In this document: one piece after another, positions 51,595-61,787 of the stretch
Numbering within the stretch: the first letter of the stretch is position 1
How the letters are laid out: each line of letters begins with the position of its first letter
Assembly (NCBI GenBank): GCA_965217865.1
Contig: CBDCJO010000002.1
Location: 4,320,001-4,384,000, forward strand
Length of the DNA stretch: 64,000 nt
Reading direction: 5' to 3'
DNA from: Candidatus Latescibacterota bacterium
GTDB lineage: Bacteria > Latescibacterota > UBA2968 > SICM01
Notes under the pieces: generated by a model
What the model saw: the letters and a program-made list of their open reading frames with translations, nothing else
What the model was told of the DNA's origin: nothing
Databases searched by the model: none
Position numbers and translations under genes: made by a program

Positions 51595-54276
51595 ATGAAT
51601 TCAGGTCAGATCCAGATGGATAAAGTATTTCAACCGAAGGCGGTGGAATCCTGCTGGTACCGTTTCTGGGAAGAAGGGGGTTACTTCCGGGCGGACCCGA
51701 AGCCGAGGACTCCGAGATTCTGCATCACGATTCCCCCTCCGAATGTTACGGGGGAGCTCCATATGGGACACGCGCTCCAGCATACGATCCACGATGCGGT
51801 CACCCGGTGGAAGCGGATGCAGGGGATCGTGACCCTGTGTCTTCCCGGAACCGATCACGCGGGCATCGCGACGCAGATGAAGGTAGAGCAGCTCCTCTAT
51901 GCGGAGGATCGAAAGAATCGGTTCGACCTGGGTCGGGAGGAGATGTTAAAGCGGATCTGGGCGTGGCGGGAGAAGTATGGAAACCTGATACTGAGCCAGC
52001 TCCGCGCCCTGGGGTGCAGCTACGACTGGAGCCGGGAACGTTTTACCCTCGATGACCGTTATGTCCGCGGGGTGCTAGAGGCGTTCGTCCGGATGTACAA
52101 TAAAGGTTGGATCTATCGGGGGCGGAGGATGGTGAACTGGTGCCCCTCCTGTAAGACGGTGATCTCGGACCTGGAGGTTGAGGAAGAGACCATCCAAGGG
52201 CATCTCTGGCACATCCGCTACCCCGGCCTCGAGGGAGGGCCCGACGTTGTCGTGGCCACCACCCGGCCTGAGACGATGCTGGGAGATTCGGGCGTCGCGG
52301 TACATCCGACGGATGAGAGATGGATGGACGCCGTAGGAAAACAGGTGCAGCTGCCGTTGATAGAGCGCGCAATTCCGATCGTGGCCGACGAGTATGCAGA
52401 CCCTGAGATGGGGAGTGGAGCGGTCAAGGTGACCCCGGCACACGATCCGAACGACTATGCCGTGGGTGAGCGTCACGGACTTCCCGAAGTGCAGGTGATC
52501 GGCCTGGATGCCCGGATGACATCAGAGGCGGGTTCCTATGCGGGAATGGACCGATACGCCTGCCGGAAGGCGGTGTTGCAGGCCCTGGGAGAACAAAATC
52601 TTCTCGCGCAGGTTGAAGATTACGAACATATGCTTCCGAAACACGACAAATGCGGGAATGTGATCGAACCGCTGGCGCTTGAGCAGTGGTTTGTTCGAAT
52701 GGGTGACATGGCGAAGAATGCACTCCCTGTCCTGGAGCGGAATGAGGTGGCCTATGTTCCGGATCGATTTCGGGGGTATTCCATCGAATGGCTCCAGAAC
52801 ATTCGCGATTGGTGCATCTCCAGGCAAATCTGGTGGGGGCATCGGATCCCGGTCTGGACATGCAAGGGATGCGCCGAGGTCATCGTTGTGGTTGATCCCC
52901 CCAAGGATTGTCCGAAGTGTGGGTCGTCCGACTTGGAACAGGATCCCGATGTGCTCGACACATGGTTCTCTTCGGCCCTCTGGCCTTTCGCCACGCTCGG
53001 CTGGCCGGACAAGACCGAAGATCTGCGGTTATTTCATCCGACGGATCTTATGATCACGGGACGGGACATTCTGTATCTATGGGTCGCCCGAATGATCATG
53101 ACGGCCCTGGAGTTCAAAGACGAGGTCCCGTTCCGGAAGGTGCTTGTCCATCCGACAGTGCAGACCAAGGACGGCCGCCGAATGAGCAAGTCCCTTGGCA
53201 CCGGAGTCGACCCGATGGATCTGATCGAAAAATACGGAACAGATGCGACTCGATTCAGCCTCCTGCTTCAGTGCGGGAGCTCCCAGGACATCCGGTTCGA
53301 TGCGGATGTGGTCGATAACGTGGTCGGTGATTCTCCGGCGGCTGAATCCTGCCGAAATTTTTGCAACAAGATCTGGAACGCCACACGGTTCGTCCTGATG
53401 AACCTGGACGGAGCACCCGTGGCAAACGTTTCGAAGGATCTGACCCAGGTCGAGGACCGTTGGATATTGAGCCGGTATCACAGCACCATCCGGCGTGTGA
53501 CGGGGTCCTTGGGAAACTACCGGTTCGATGAGGTTGCTCACACCCTTTACGACTTCATCTGGAGCGAATGGTGCGATTGGTACCTGGAGATGGTCAAGGT
53601 GAGATTGAACGGCCCCGACGAAAAAACCAAGTCCGTAGCGCAGGCCGTTCTGGTCGAGGTGTTGGGGGGCACCCTGAGGATGCTTCATCCTATGATGCCT
53701 TTTATCACGGAGGAGCTCTGGCAGCAAATTCCGCACGAAGGGGAGGCTCTTATCGTGGCGCCGTGGCCGGAGACGGACGAATCCCGTTTCGATGAGACTG
53801 CGGAGCGGGAGGTGGATCTGATCCAGAGAATCGTGGGAACAGTGCGGAATATACGCGGGGGGTTTCGGGTGCCGCCCAGTCGGAAGGCCGATGTCCTGAT
53901 CAAGACGATGGAGAAAGAGGTTGAGGAAGTCGTTGAATCCAACAGGGAGATCATCACAGATCTTGCCCGGGCCGATAACCTGGAGGTGGGGCACGGCCAA
54001 GCCAAACCCCCATCTTCGGCAACAGGGGTCCTGAAGGAGGCCGAGATCTACGTCCCGCTGGAAGGGTTGATCGATCTTACCCTGGAACGGGCTCGGATCC
54101 AGAAGGAGATGGATCGGTTGACGGGGGTGATCTCGGGAATCGACCGGAAGCTCAACAACTCAGACTTCGTGTCGAAAGCTCCGGAGAAGGTGGTGGCCAA
54201 GGAGCGCCAGAAACGGGATGACTGCGACACAAGCCTGTCGCGTTTGAGAGAAAATCTGGAATCGATTAAGGGGTAG
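51595..54276 (+). CDS. valS: Valine--tRNA ligase
   Basis: PPPNVTG.LHMGH, DHAGIATQ, TTRPET, WCISRQIWWGH, RMSKS, C-terminal coiled coil. Start may be 51568 or 51616. Confidence 0.98.
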   Translation: MNSGQIQMDKVFQPKAVESCWYRFWEEGGYFRADPKPRTPRFCITIPPPNVTGELHMGHALQHTIHDAVTRWKRMQGIVTLCLPGTDHAGIATQMKVEQLLYAEDRKNRFDLGREEMLKRIWAWREKYGNLILSQLRALGCSYDWSRERFTLDDRYVRGVLEAFVRMYNKGWIYRGRRMVNWCPSCKTVISDLEVEEETIQGHLWHIRYPGLEGGPDVVVATTRPETMLGDSGVAVHPTDERWMDAVGKQVQLPLIERAIPIVADEYADPEMGSGAVKVTPAHDPNDYAVGERHGLPEVQVIGLDARMTSEAGSYAGMDRYACRKAVLQALGEQNLLAQVEDYEHMLPKHDKCGNVIEPLALEQWFVRMGDMAKNALPVLERNEVAYVPDRFRGYSIEWLQNIRDWCISRQIWWGHRIPVWTCKGCAEVIVVVDPPKDCPKCGSSDLEQDPDVLDTWFSSALWPFATLGWPDKTEDLRLFHPTDLMITGRDILYLWVARMIMTALEFKDEVPFRKVLVHPTVQTKDGRRMSKSLGTGVDPMDLIEKYGTDATRFSLLLQCGSSQDIRFDADVVDNVVGDSPAAESCRNFCNKIWNATRFVLMNLDGAPVANVSKDLTQVEDRWILSRYHSTIRRVTGSLGNYRFDEVAHTLYDFIWSEWCDWYLEMVKVRLNGPDEKTKSVAQAVLVEVLGGTLRMLHPMMPFITEELWQQIPHEGEALIVAPWPETDESRFDETAEREVDLIQRIVGTVRNIRGGFRVPPSRKADVLIKTMEKEVEEVVESNREIITDLARADNLEVGHGQAKPPSSATGVLKEAEIYVPLEGLIDLTLERARIQKEMDRLTGVISGIDRKLNNSDFVSKAPEKVVAKERQKRDDCDTSLSRLRENLESIKG

Positions 54277-54375
54277 GGAATCCGCCCCTCACCCGGCCAC
54301 ACAGGAATACAGGATATAGAATATTGAATACAGAATCCGGGTTTAAGCGGTTTGATTTTGATCTTCTCCTGTATT

Positions 54376-55794
54376 CTATCTTCTGCTTTTCGTGTAGAGA
54401 TCCGTCGCGATTCCCAGGAACACCTCCGCAGCCCCTCCTATGGTCTCCGATAGGGTGGGGTGCGCGTGGATGCTGAGCGCAAGGTCCTGAGCGACCGCGG
54501 CCATTTCCACCGCAACGACGCCTTCCGCGATCAGGTCACCCGCACCTGCCCCCACGATGCCCACCCCCAAGACCCGCTGGGTCTTGGGGTCGAAAATCAG
54601 TTTGGTCATCCCCTCGCCCCTTCCAAGGGTGGCGGCGCGGCCCGAAGCGGCCCACGGAAACCTGGCCGATTTGATCTCCCGTCCTTCCTGACGAGCCTGG
54701 GTCTCGGTCAGTCCGCACCAGGCCACTTCGGGATCGGTAAAAACCACGGCGGGTACGGCACGGCTGTCGAAGGCTGACGGTTCTCCGGCCAGGACCTCGG
54801 CGGCAACCTTCCCTTCGTGTGCCGCCTTGTGGGCGAGCATAGGCTCTCCGGCAACGTCTCCGATCGCCAATATGCGTTCGTCACGCGTCCGCTGTCGGGC
54901 GTCGACCATCACGAAACCCTTCCCATCCACCTCAACCTGCGTTCGATCCAACCCGATGCCGGCACTGTTCGGCCGGCGCCCGACGGATACGAGCACCTGG
55001 TCGAATGTTTTCTTCGTTGGTTTTCCGTACCCTTCCATTGTGACCGAGATCCCCGCATCATTTTCTTTCATCCCGACCACCTTCGTGTTGAGAAGGATAG
55101 ATTCAAGTACGGATTCCACTCTTGTATGCAACGGCTTCACCAGGTCCCGATCGGCGCCGGGGAGAAGACCATCGGTCAACTCCACGACGGTGACACGGCT
55201 TCCCAGTTCGGCATAGACGGTTCCCAGCTCCAATCCGATGTATCCGCCACCAACGATCAGAAGTGTCTTCGGGATTCTCTCCATGGCAAGGGCGGAGGTG
55301 GAATCCAGGAGCCTGGGGCTCTGGAAATCAAGGCCCGGCAGGGGAGCGGGGGAGGAGCCAACGGCCAGGATGGCGTGTCCAAATTCGATGCGCGGAACGT
55401 TTGAACCCTCAATTCTGACACTCCCCGAGTCTTCAAAGACAGCCCGACCCCGGATCAGGTCGACTTTCCTCCGGCGAGAGAGCTCGATCACTCCGTTGGC
55501 AAGTTTGTCTACGACGCCTTCTTTCCATTCGCGGAGGGATTGAAGGTTGATCTTAGGTTTCTGGAATGAGATGCCTAACGCTTTAGCCTCCCGGGACTCT
55601 GCCAGCAGCTTGGCCACGTGGAGTAAGGCTTTGGACGGAACACATCCTTTATGGAGGCATACCCCTCCGGGTTTTTCATCCGACTCCACGAGTGCGACCC
55701 GCATCCCCAGGTCGGCTGCCCTGAAGGCCGCAGTGTATCCCCCGGTGCCGCCGCCGATGACCAGGACATCGATTTTATGTGTTTCTTTTGCCAT
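54376..55794 (-). CDS. lpdA: Dihydrolipoyl dehydrogenase (E3)
   Basis: GGVCLHKGCVPSK, GGGYIGLE, PMLAHKA, HAHPTLSE. Confidence 0.97.
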   Translation of the reverse strand: MAKETHKIDVLVIGGGTGGYTAAFRAADLGMRVALVESDEKPGGVCLHKGCVPSKALLHVAKLLAESREAKALGISFQKPKINLQSLREWKEGVVDKLANGVIELSRRRKVDLIRGRAVFEDSGSVRIEGSNVPRIEFGHAILAVGSSPAPLPGLDFQSPRLLDSTSALAMERIPKTLLIVGGGYIGLELGTVYAELGSRVTVVELTDGLLPGADRDLVKPLHTRVESVLESILLNTKVVGMKENDAGISVTMEGYGKPTKKTFDQVLVSVGRRPNSAGIGLDRTQVEVDGKGFVMVDARQRTRDERILAIGDVAGEPMLAHKAAHEGKVAAEVLAGEPSAFDSRAVPAVVFTDPEVAWCGLTETQARQEGREIKSARFPWAASGRAATLGRGEGMTKLIFDPKTQRVLGVGIVGAGAGDLIAEGVVAVEMAAVAQDLALSIHAHPTLSETIGGAAEVFLGIATDLYTKSRR

Positions 55795-55921
55795 TCGATT
55801 CCTAAAGAGCAGAGACTGGGGAGTATGGGCATCGCGGGTCCGTAGTCGGTTAACCGATGTCGAAAATCCTTCCCCCTATATCAAGCTTGAACCTCCTCGA
55901 TCTGGAAGGGGCTATAATATT

Positions 55922-56110
55922 TGGAACGCCGTCGCGCTCCCTCACCCCGCCTCGCAAGCTCGGCACCCCTCTCCCGGGGGCCGGGAGAGGGGAAGATCAT
56001 TATTTTACGAAAAAATTTATGGTAGGAGCCGCCTTCTGGCGGCGAAAACCCATCCCCGTTCGCGAGCAGGATTCTTCGGCTTCGCTCAGGACAGGGCTGG
56101 ATCCTACCCC
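55922..56110. repeat. Cluster of REP elements: family C copy plus GTAG-type inverted pair with nested family-A-like insert
   Basis: 55922-55997 is the reverse complement of 19155-19231. GTAGGAGCCGCCTTCTGGCGGCGAA...TTCGCGAGCAGGA[TTCTTCGGCTTCGCTCAGGACAGG]...TCCTAC follows. Confidence 0.7.
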
Positions 56111-56207
56111 ACCCGGTTCGGGATTTTAGGAACTGAAGAGCGTGAAGCGGAGGAGCCGTATCAATAATCTTGGGCTCTTGCGAGATACGATTCACGAGAT
56201 ACGGCCT

Positions 56208-57458
56208 TTAGCCCGACATGGGGCTCCGGGGAGCGAGGTAACTCTCCATGATTTTTATGAAAGCATCGACATAATCTGTCCTCGCACATAAACCGGATTC
56301 AGCCTTTATGTCTTTTAAAAGCTTCGCTGCTTCGAGTTTTGAGGTTTCTTTCCTCTCGATATAGGTAACCTATCGCTCTGCGAGATAAAGAAATTCGTTT
56401 TCGCTTACCGGGCATTCCCTCACTTTAGGCTCTTTTGATTTTTCCGATCTCTTTTTCCAGCCGGCGGTTTTAATCAACAATTCCGGGGTATCGGTTTCAA
56501 ATCGGACATCTTTTCCGATATAAACAATTCCGCGTTTGTCCTTGGAGGGTTCCTTTGGCCCTGAGCCGTCTCTCCTGGTATGGTGGTGTTTCATTATATC
56601 GATCTGTTCTTGGTTTAATCCATCGATTGGGGTTTTCTCCTCACCTGTCGTCAAGACTTTTTCAACAAAATAGATCCCGTGAATGGCCATCAGTTCCGGA
56701 GATGTGATCTTTTTCCTCTGATTCTTGAAGGCTTCGAGCAGATAGACTCGCCCAATGTCGTGCATCATGGAGGAGACGGCCAGACTGGAAATGGTTTCGA
56801 TGGGTATTTCGACTTCGTAGGCAATTCTAACGGCGAGGGTGGTGACGTCCAAACTGTGTTCCATTTCGTCGGGAGCATAAGACAAAAAAGTCCCGATGAT
56901 CGGTCTCGAACTGATAGGATTAACGATTCCCTCTTCGATATTTTTACGGAAATCAGGTGACCTCAAAAGGTCTTCTAAGGCATGGTGATGCCGTGTCTTG
57001 GCCAGCACTGTGTCTTTGATGTTTAGCTCGGTGTTGATGATTTCCGCCAGGAGCTTTTTGACGCTCTTCGACAGGCTTGTTATCGCGAGGTTGCTTCCCT
57101 GGTCTCGGTACTGTTTTAATTCTTCGGTTGTCCTTTCTCTCACCAGGAGATCCTGCGCAAAAGACTCGATCCAATCTCTCTGTGTTCCACTGGTGATCCT
57201 GAAAATCTGTACGGGAGCCGTGTCGAGGCCGTCCTCCTTCTTCACATCCCTCTTTCTTCGGGTCTCAGGGTGGTCCTTGAGGTTGTTCAACAATTCCGTG
57301 CTTGCCGCATCAAGCGGGGCTCCAAATCGCAGGGAGAAAACATCTTTCCTTTGTTGAGCCGCGTACCCGTAGGTAAAACTTTCAGCCAGGATCATTCCTT
57401 CCCGGACCTGACCCTGGTTAACTTCTCTGATTTCGAGCTCATCGATGATGTTTGACAT
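56208..57458 (-). CDS. HD/HD-GYP-like phosphohydrolase domain protein with in-frame TAG at 56370-56372 (possible pseudogene)
   Basis: EHSLDV, MHDIGR, HHHTRRDGSGP. The frame stays open 53 codons past the TAG to TAA at 56208-56210. Confidence 0.7.
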
Positions 57459-57461
57459 GGT

Positions 57462-58769
57462 CTAACCGCCCATCAACAGCTTTTCCGGGCCTTCCAGAGA
57501 CTCTGCGATCTTTCGTGCGAAACGGGCCCCATCCGCCCCGTCGATTACCCGATGATCGTAAGACAGGCAGATCGGCATCATCAAACGAGGTTCCACACGT
57601 CCGTTCCTGACAACCGGCTCAAGCCTGCTGCGCGATAGTCCCAAGATGCCCACCTCGGGATGGTTCACGATCGGGGTGAAGGCCGTGCCCCCGATGCTTC
57701 CCAGGTTTGTGATGGTAAAGGTACCTCCTTTGAGTTCCTCCACGTCTACCTTCCCCTGCCTGGTGCGTTCGGACAGTTCGACCAGTTCGCGGGCAAGTTC
57801 AAATATTCCCTTCCGATCGACGTCCCGAATGACGGGAACGAGGAGTCCCCGGTCGGTGTCCACAGCGATTCCGATGTGATAGTAGTGCTTCACCACCAGT
57901 TCCTCGGTTGAGGTGTCGAGACTGGCGTTGAAACGGGGGAAGGCCTTGAGCGCAGTTACCGCCGCCTTGAGGACGAAAACCGTCGGGGTCAATTTTCCGC
58001 CGAGTGCGAGGGCTTCCTCGGCGTGGCGCTTTCGGAGGGCCTCCAATTCAGAGACGTCTGCCCGGTCGAACTGGGTCACGTGAGGGGCGAGCCGCCATGC
58101 GGTCCCAACGTGCTCGGCGGTCTTCCTGCGGACCCCACGAAACGGTTGTCTTTCCACCTCTCCCCATTTTTCGAAATCCACAGGTGGAGATTCTTCGCCC
58201 CCTGATGGGGTTGCCCTGCCCATCGTTCCCCCGGACATGGCCTTCTTGACATAGGCGTGCACATCTTCCGCAGTAACCCGTCCGCCAGACTCGCTACCGG
58301 TCACCTTGCCAAGGTCCACCCCCAGCTCTCTGGCCAGACGCCTTGTCGCCGGGCCGGCGGGTGCGACTTCACGAGGCTCCGGGACAGCGGATGGGGGAGA
58401 AGGCTTTTTATCATGGGCAACGGAAGGGGGGGTCTCAGATTGAGGTTCGGGAAAAGGTTCGGGTTCTGAAGGTACGGCCTCGGACGGCTTTTCGATCGGT
58501 TCTTCGGACTTTGGAGCCTCCGCTTCGGCAGTGGTCTCGTCCAGGGTGAGCAGGAGAGCGCCAACGGGGACACGATCACCCTCCTTCACGTGCACCTTCT
58601 CCACACGCCCGGGATAAGGGCAAGGCACTTCCAGCATCGCTTTATCGGTCTCCAGCTCCAAGATGGTCTGTTCAACCTCGATTTGATCGCCGTCGGAGAC
58701 AAGAACCCGCACGACATCTCCCGCATCGATTCCTTCCCCAAGGTCGGGGAGTTTATATTCCCTGCTCAC
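57462..58769 (-). CDS. aceF: Pyruvate dehydrogenase E2 dihydrolipoamide acetyltransferase
   Basis: Lipoyl LETDKA, E3-binding PATRRLARELGVD, SYDHRVIDGA. AAGGAGG RBS before GTG 58769. Confidence 0.93.
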   Translation of the reverse strand: MSREYKLPDLGEGIDAGDVVRVLVSDGDQIEVEQTILELETDKAMLEVPCPYPGRVEKVHVKEGDRVPVGALLLTLDETTAEAEAPKSEEPIEKPSEAVPSEPEPFPEPQSETPPSVAHDKKPSPPSAVPEPREVAPAGPATRRLARELGVDLGKVTGSESGGRVTAEDVHAYVKKAMSGGTMGRATPSGGEESPPVDFEKWGEVERQPFRGVRRKTAEHVGTAWRLAPHVTQFDRADVSELEALRKRHAEEALALGGKLTPTVFVLKAAVTALKAFPRFNASLDTSTEELVVKHYYHIGIAVDTDRGLLVPVIRDVDRKGIFELARELVELSERTRQGKVDVEELKGGTFTITNLGSIGGTAFTPIVNHPEVGILGLSRSRLEPVVRNGRVEPRLMMPICLSYDHRVIDGADGARFARKIAESLEGPEKLLMGG

Positions 58770-58783
58770 AGTCCCTCCTTCGC

Positions 58784-61489
58784 TCAAAGCTCCCGCTGGA
58801 TCATCGGTCCGGCCGCCACCGGATCGGGTTTCTCAGGATCGATTCCCAATATTTGGATAGCCTTTTCAACCTGATCGTTTCCGATGGCGCCTTCGGCCGA
58901 AAGGGCGTGGAGCGATGCCAGGGCAATAGATTCGGCGTCCACACCGAAGTGTCGGCGAAGTTCGCTGCGAGTTTCGCTTCGGCCGAACCCGTCGGTGCCG
59001 AGTGTGATCATTCTTCCTGGTACCCAGGGTGCGATCATATCAGGAAGGGATTTCATGTAGTCGGAGGTTGCCACCACGGGACCCTCGGCTTTCTCGAGCA
59101 GCTTTGTCACAAAGGGTTTTCTGGGACGGCTTTTCGGGTGGAGCATGTTCCACCTTTCCACGGCCATGGCTTCTCGCCGCAACTCCTTGTAGCTGGTGGC
59201 GCTCCAGACATCCGCTGAGACAGAGAACCGCTCTTCCAGGAGTTCTTGTGCCCGCAAGGCCTCCCGGAGAATGGTTCCGCTCCCGAACAGCTGAACGCGG
59301 GGCCATCCCTTCTTTCTCTTACCGATCTTGAACTTATAAAGTCCTTTCAGGATTCCATCCGCCACACCCGCAGGCATCGGAGGCATGGCATAGTTTTCGT
59401 TGCCCAGCGTGATGTAGTAGAAGATATCCTCCTGCTCACGGTACATACGCCGGACCCCGTCCTGAACGATCACGGCGATTTCGTAGGCAAAGGCTGGATC
59501 ATAGGCCACCAGGTTGGGGACGCAGCTGGCCAGGATGTGGCTGTGGCCGTCTTGATGCTGCAGGCCCTCTCCGTTGAGCGTGGTCCGGCCGGATGTGCCT
59601 CCAAGGAGGAATCCCCTGCAGCGCATGTCGGCGGCCGCCCAGATCAGGTCACCGATTCGCTGGAAACCGAACATGGAGTAGTAGATGAAAAAGGGAATGG
59701 TGTTCACACCGTGGGTCGCATACGCGGTTCCCGCGGCGATGAAGGAGGACATGGATCCCGCTTCGTTTATCCCCTCCTCTAATATCTGGCCGTCCTTGGC
59801 CTCCTTGTAGAAGAGGAGGGTATCCGCGTCCACGGGTTCGTAGAGCTGTCCCACGTGGGAATAAATCCCGCACTGCCTGAAGAGGGGATCCATCCCAAAC
59901 GTCCGCGCTTCATCCGGAATGATCGGGACAACGAGTTTGCCGATCTCCGGGTCGCGGAGGAGTTTGGCGAACAGACGGACAAAGGCCATGGTCGTAGAGA
60001 CTTCCCGGCCATCCGTCCCAAGTAAGAACTCTTCGAACGTCTTCAACCCGGGGCCCTTGATGGGCTCTGCGCTTCCGTCCCGGCTGGGCACAAACCCCCC
60101 GAGTTCCCGCCTCCTTTCCATCATGTACTTCATTTCCCGGCTGTCGTCGGGGGGGCGGTAGAACGGCGCTTCGGCCACGTCCTCGTCGGAGATGGGTATG
60201 CCGAACCGGGATCGGAACTCCCGCAGCTCTTCCTCGTTCAGCTCGTGCTGCTGATGGGTCACATTCCGGCCTTCGCCGGCCTCACCAAGTCCGTAACCCT
60301 TAATGGTCTTGGCTAGGATAACGGTGGGTGCCCCTTCGTGTTCCACTGCGGCCTTGAAGGCCGCATAGACCTTTTCCGGATCGTGGCCCCCACGGCGGAG
60401 TTTTCGGATCTGATCGTCGGACAGGTGCTCGACCGTCTTTAGGAGCTCGGGGTTTTTCCCGAAGAAGTCCTTACGGGTATAGGCGCCGGATTCGACGGTG
60501 TACTTCTGGTATTGACCGTCCACGACTTCACCCATCCGCTGGACCAGAACTCCGTCTTCGTCCTTTTCCAAAAGGGGATCCCAATCATCACCCCAGATGA
60601 CCTTGACCACGTTCCATCCAGCCCCACGAAAGGCGGCTTCCAGCTCCTGTATAATCTTCCCGTTCCCCCGCACGGGGCCGTCCAACCGCTGCAGGTTGCA
60701 GTTGATCACGAAGATCAGGTTATCCAGCCTTTCGCGGGACGCCAGAGTGATCGCTCCCAGGGACTCCGGCTCGTCCGACTCGCCGTCTCCCATGAAGACC
60801 CAGACGTGCGACCCGGAGGTGTCTTTGAGGCCCCGGTCTTCCAGGTAGCGGTTAAACCTTGCCTGGTAGATGCCCATGATGGGGGCCAGGCCCATCGAAA
60901 CCGTTGGAAACTCCCAGAAACCGGGCATCAACCAGGGATGAGGATAGGAAGAGAGACCGCCCGGGGAAGTCAGTTCCCGTCGGAAATTCTGGAGATGCTT
61001 AACATCCAAACGGCCCTCCAGAAAAGCCCGTGCGTAGATCCCCGGAGCAGCGTGCCCCTGGAAGTAGACCTGATCCCCTGAAAAGTCCTTTCCCTTTCCC
61101 CGAAAGAAATGGTTGAACCCCACTTCGTAGAGGTTGGCCGAGGAGCCATAAGTGGAGATATGGCCGTGGAGGCTCGGATCTTCACGATTCGCACGAACGA
61201 CCATGGCCATCGCGTTCCACCGGATAAAGCTCTTGATCCTCCGTTCGATCTCCCGGTCCCCGGGAAAGGGCGGCTGACGATCGACAGGGATGGTGTTGAT
61301 GTAGGGGGTATTGGCGTTGAAAGGGATCTCCACGCCCACTATCTGTGCACGCTCTTCCAGTTTGTCGAGGAGAAAGCGAACCCGATCGGGTCCCTGGTTT
61401 TTCAAGGCGTAGTCCAGTGATTCCAGCCACTCCCGGGTTTCGGCAGGATTATTATCTTGAGAGGGTGTTCCAAGGACCTTACTCGGCAT
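58784..61489 (-). CDS. aceE: Pyruvate dehydrogenase E1, homodimeric type
   Basis: SSYPHPWLMP, FPTVSMGL, GDGESDEPE, NCNLQRLDGPV, YYSMFGFQR, GEGLQHQDG. Confidence 0.98.
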   Translation of the reverse strand: MPSKVLGTPSQDNNPAETREWLESLDYALKNQGPDRVRFLLDKLEERAQIVGVEIPFNANTPYINTIPVDRQPPFPGDREIERRIKSFIRWNAMAMVVRANREDPSLHGHISTYGSSANLYEVGFNHFFRGKGKDFSGDQVYFQGHAAPGIYARAFLEGRLDVKHLQNFRRELTSPGGLSSYPHPWLMPGFWEFPTVSMGLAPIMGIYQARFNRYLEDRGLKDTSGSHVWVFMGDGESDEPESLGAITLASRERLDNLIFVINCNLQRLDGPVRGNGKIIQELEAAFRGAGWNVVKVIWGDDWDPLLEKDEDGVLVQRMGEVVDGQYQKYTVESGAYTRKDFFGKNPELLKTVEHLSDDQIRKLRRGGHDPEKVYAAFKAAVEHEGAPTVILAKTIKGYGLGEAGEGRNVTHQQHELNEEELREFRSRFGIPISDEDVAEAPFYRPPDDSREMKYMMERRRELGGFVPSRDGSAEPIKGPGLKTFEEFLLGTDGREVSTTMAFVRLFAKLLRDPEIGKLVVPIIPDEARTFGMDPLFRQCGIYSHVGQLYEPVDADTLLFYKEAKDGQILEEGINEAGSMSSFIAAGTAYATHGVNTIPFFIYYSMFGFQRIGDLIWAAADMRCRGFLLGGTSGRTTLNGEGLQHQDGHSHILASCVPNLVAYDPAFAYEIAVIVQDGVRRMYREQEDIFYYITLGNENYAMPPMPAGVADGILKGLYKFKIGKRKKGWPRVQLFGSGTILREALRAQELLEERFSVSADVWSATSYKELRREAMAVERWNMLHPKSRPRKPFVTKLLEKAEGPVVATSDYMKSLPDMIAPWVPGRMITLGTDGFGRSETRSELRRHFGVDAESIALASLHALSAEGAIGNDQVEKAIQILGIDPEKPDPVAAGPMIQREL

Positions 61490-61595
61490 GGAATATATCC
61501 TTTTTCAAGGTTGAAACGTTTGAGCCGGCCAGGATACAGGGGCTCAGGATCCGTTCCCGATGGTCGTGGGACTTCTGTCTAATTTGCGACCCCCT

Positions 61596-61624
61596 AATTT
61601 ACCAGGAGGGGTAACAAATGTCAA
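61596..61624 (-). promoter_or_regulatory. Sigma70 promoter of the aceEF-lpdA operon
   Basis: Minus strand TTGACA-N17-TAAATT. Confidence 0.6.
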
Positions 61625-61787
61625 ATGTGCACCCTTGGAAACAGGAGGAAATCGTTCGCCCAGGACCATCAAAAGGAAAGGGCCCCCAGAAAAAATCCTG
61701 GAAGCCCAAAGCTTATCAGATGGTTTAAAATGCACGCGGTGACACTTCTCGCGATTAGATCATACGGGGGTTCTCCTTCAGCAAGAC

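Noticed and set aside
56370-56372. Pyrrolysine recoding as a firm call
   Set aside because: No pyl genes in the window, and TAG is used as an ordinary stop elsewhere (ICMT gene, valS, lpdA, aceF).
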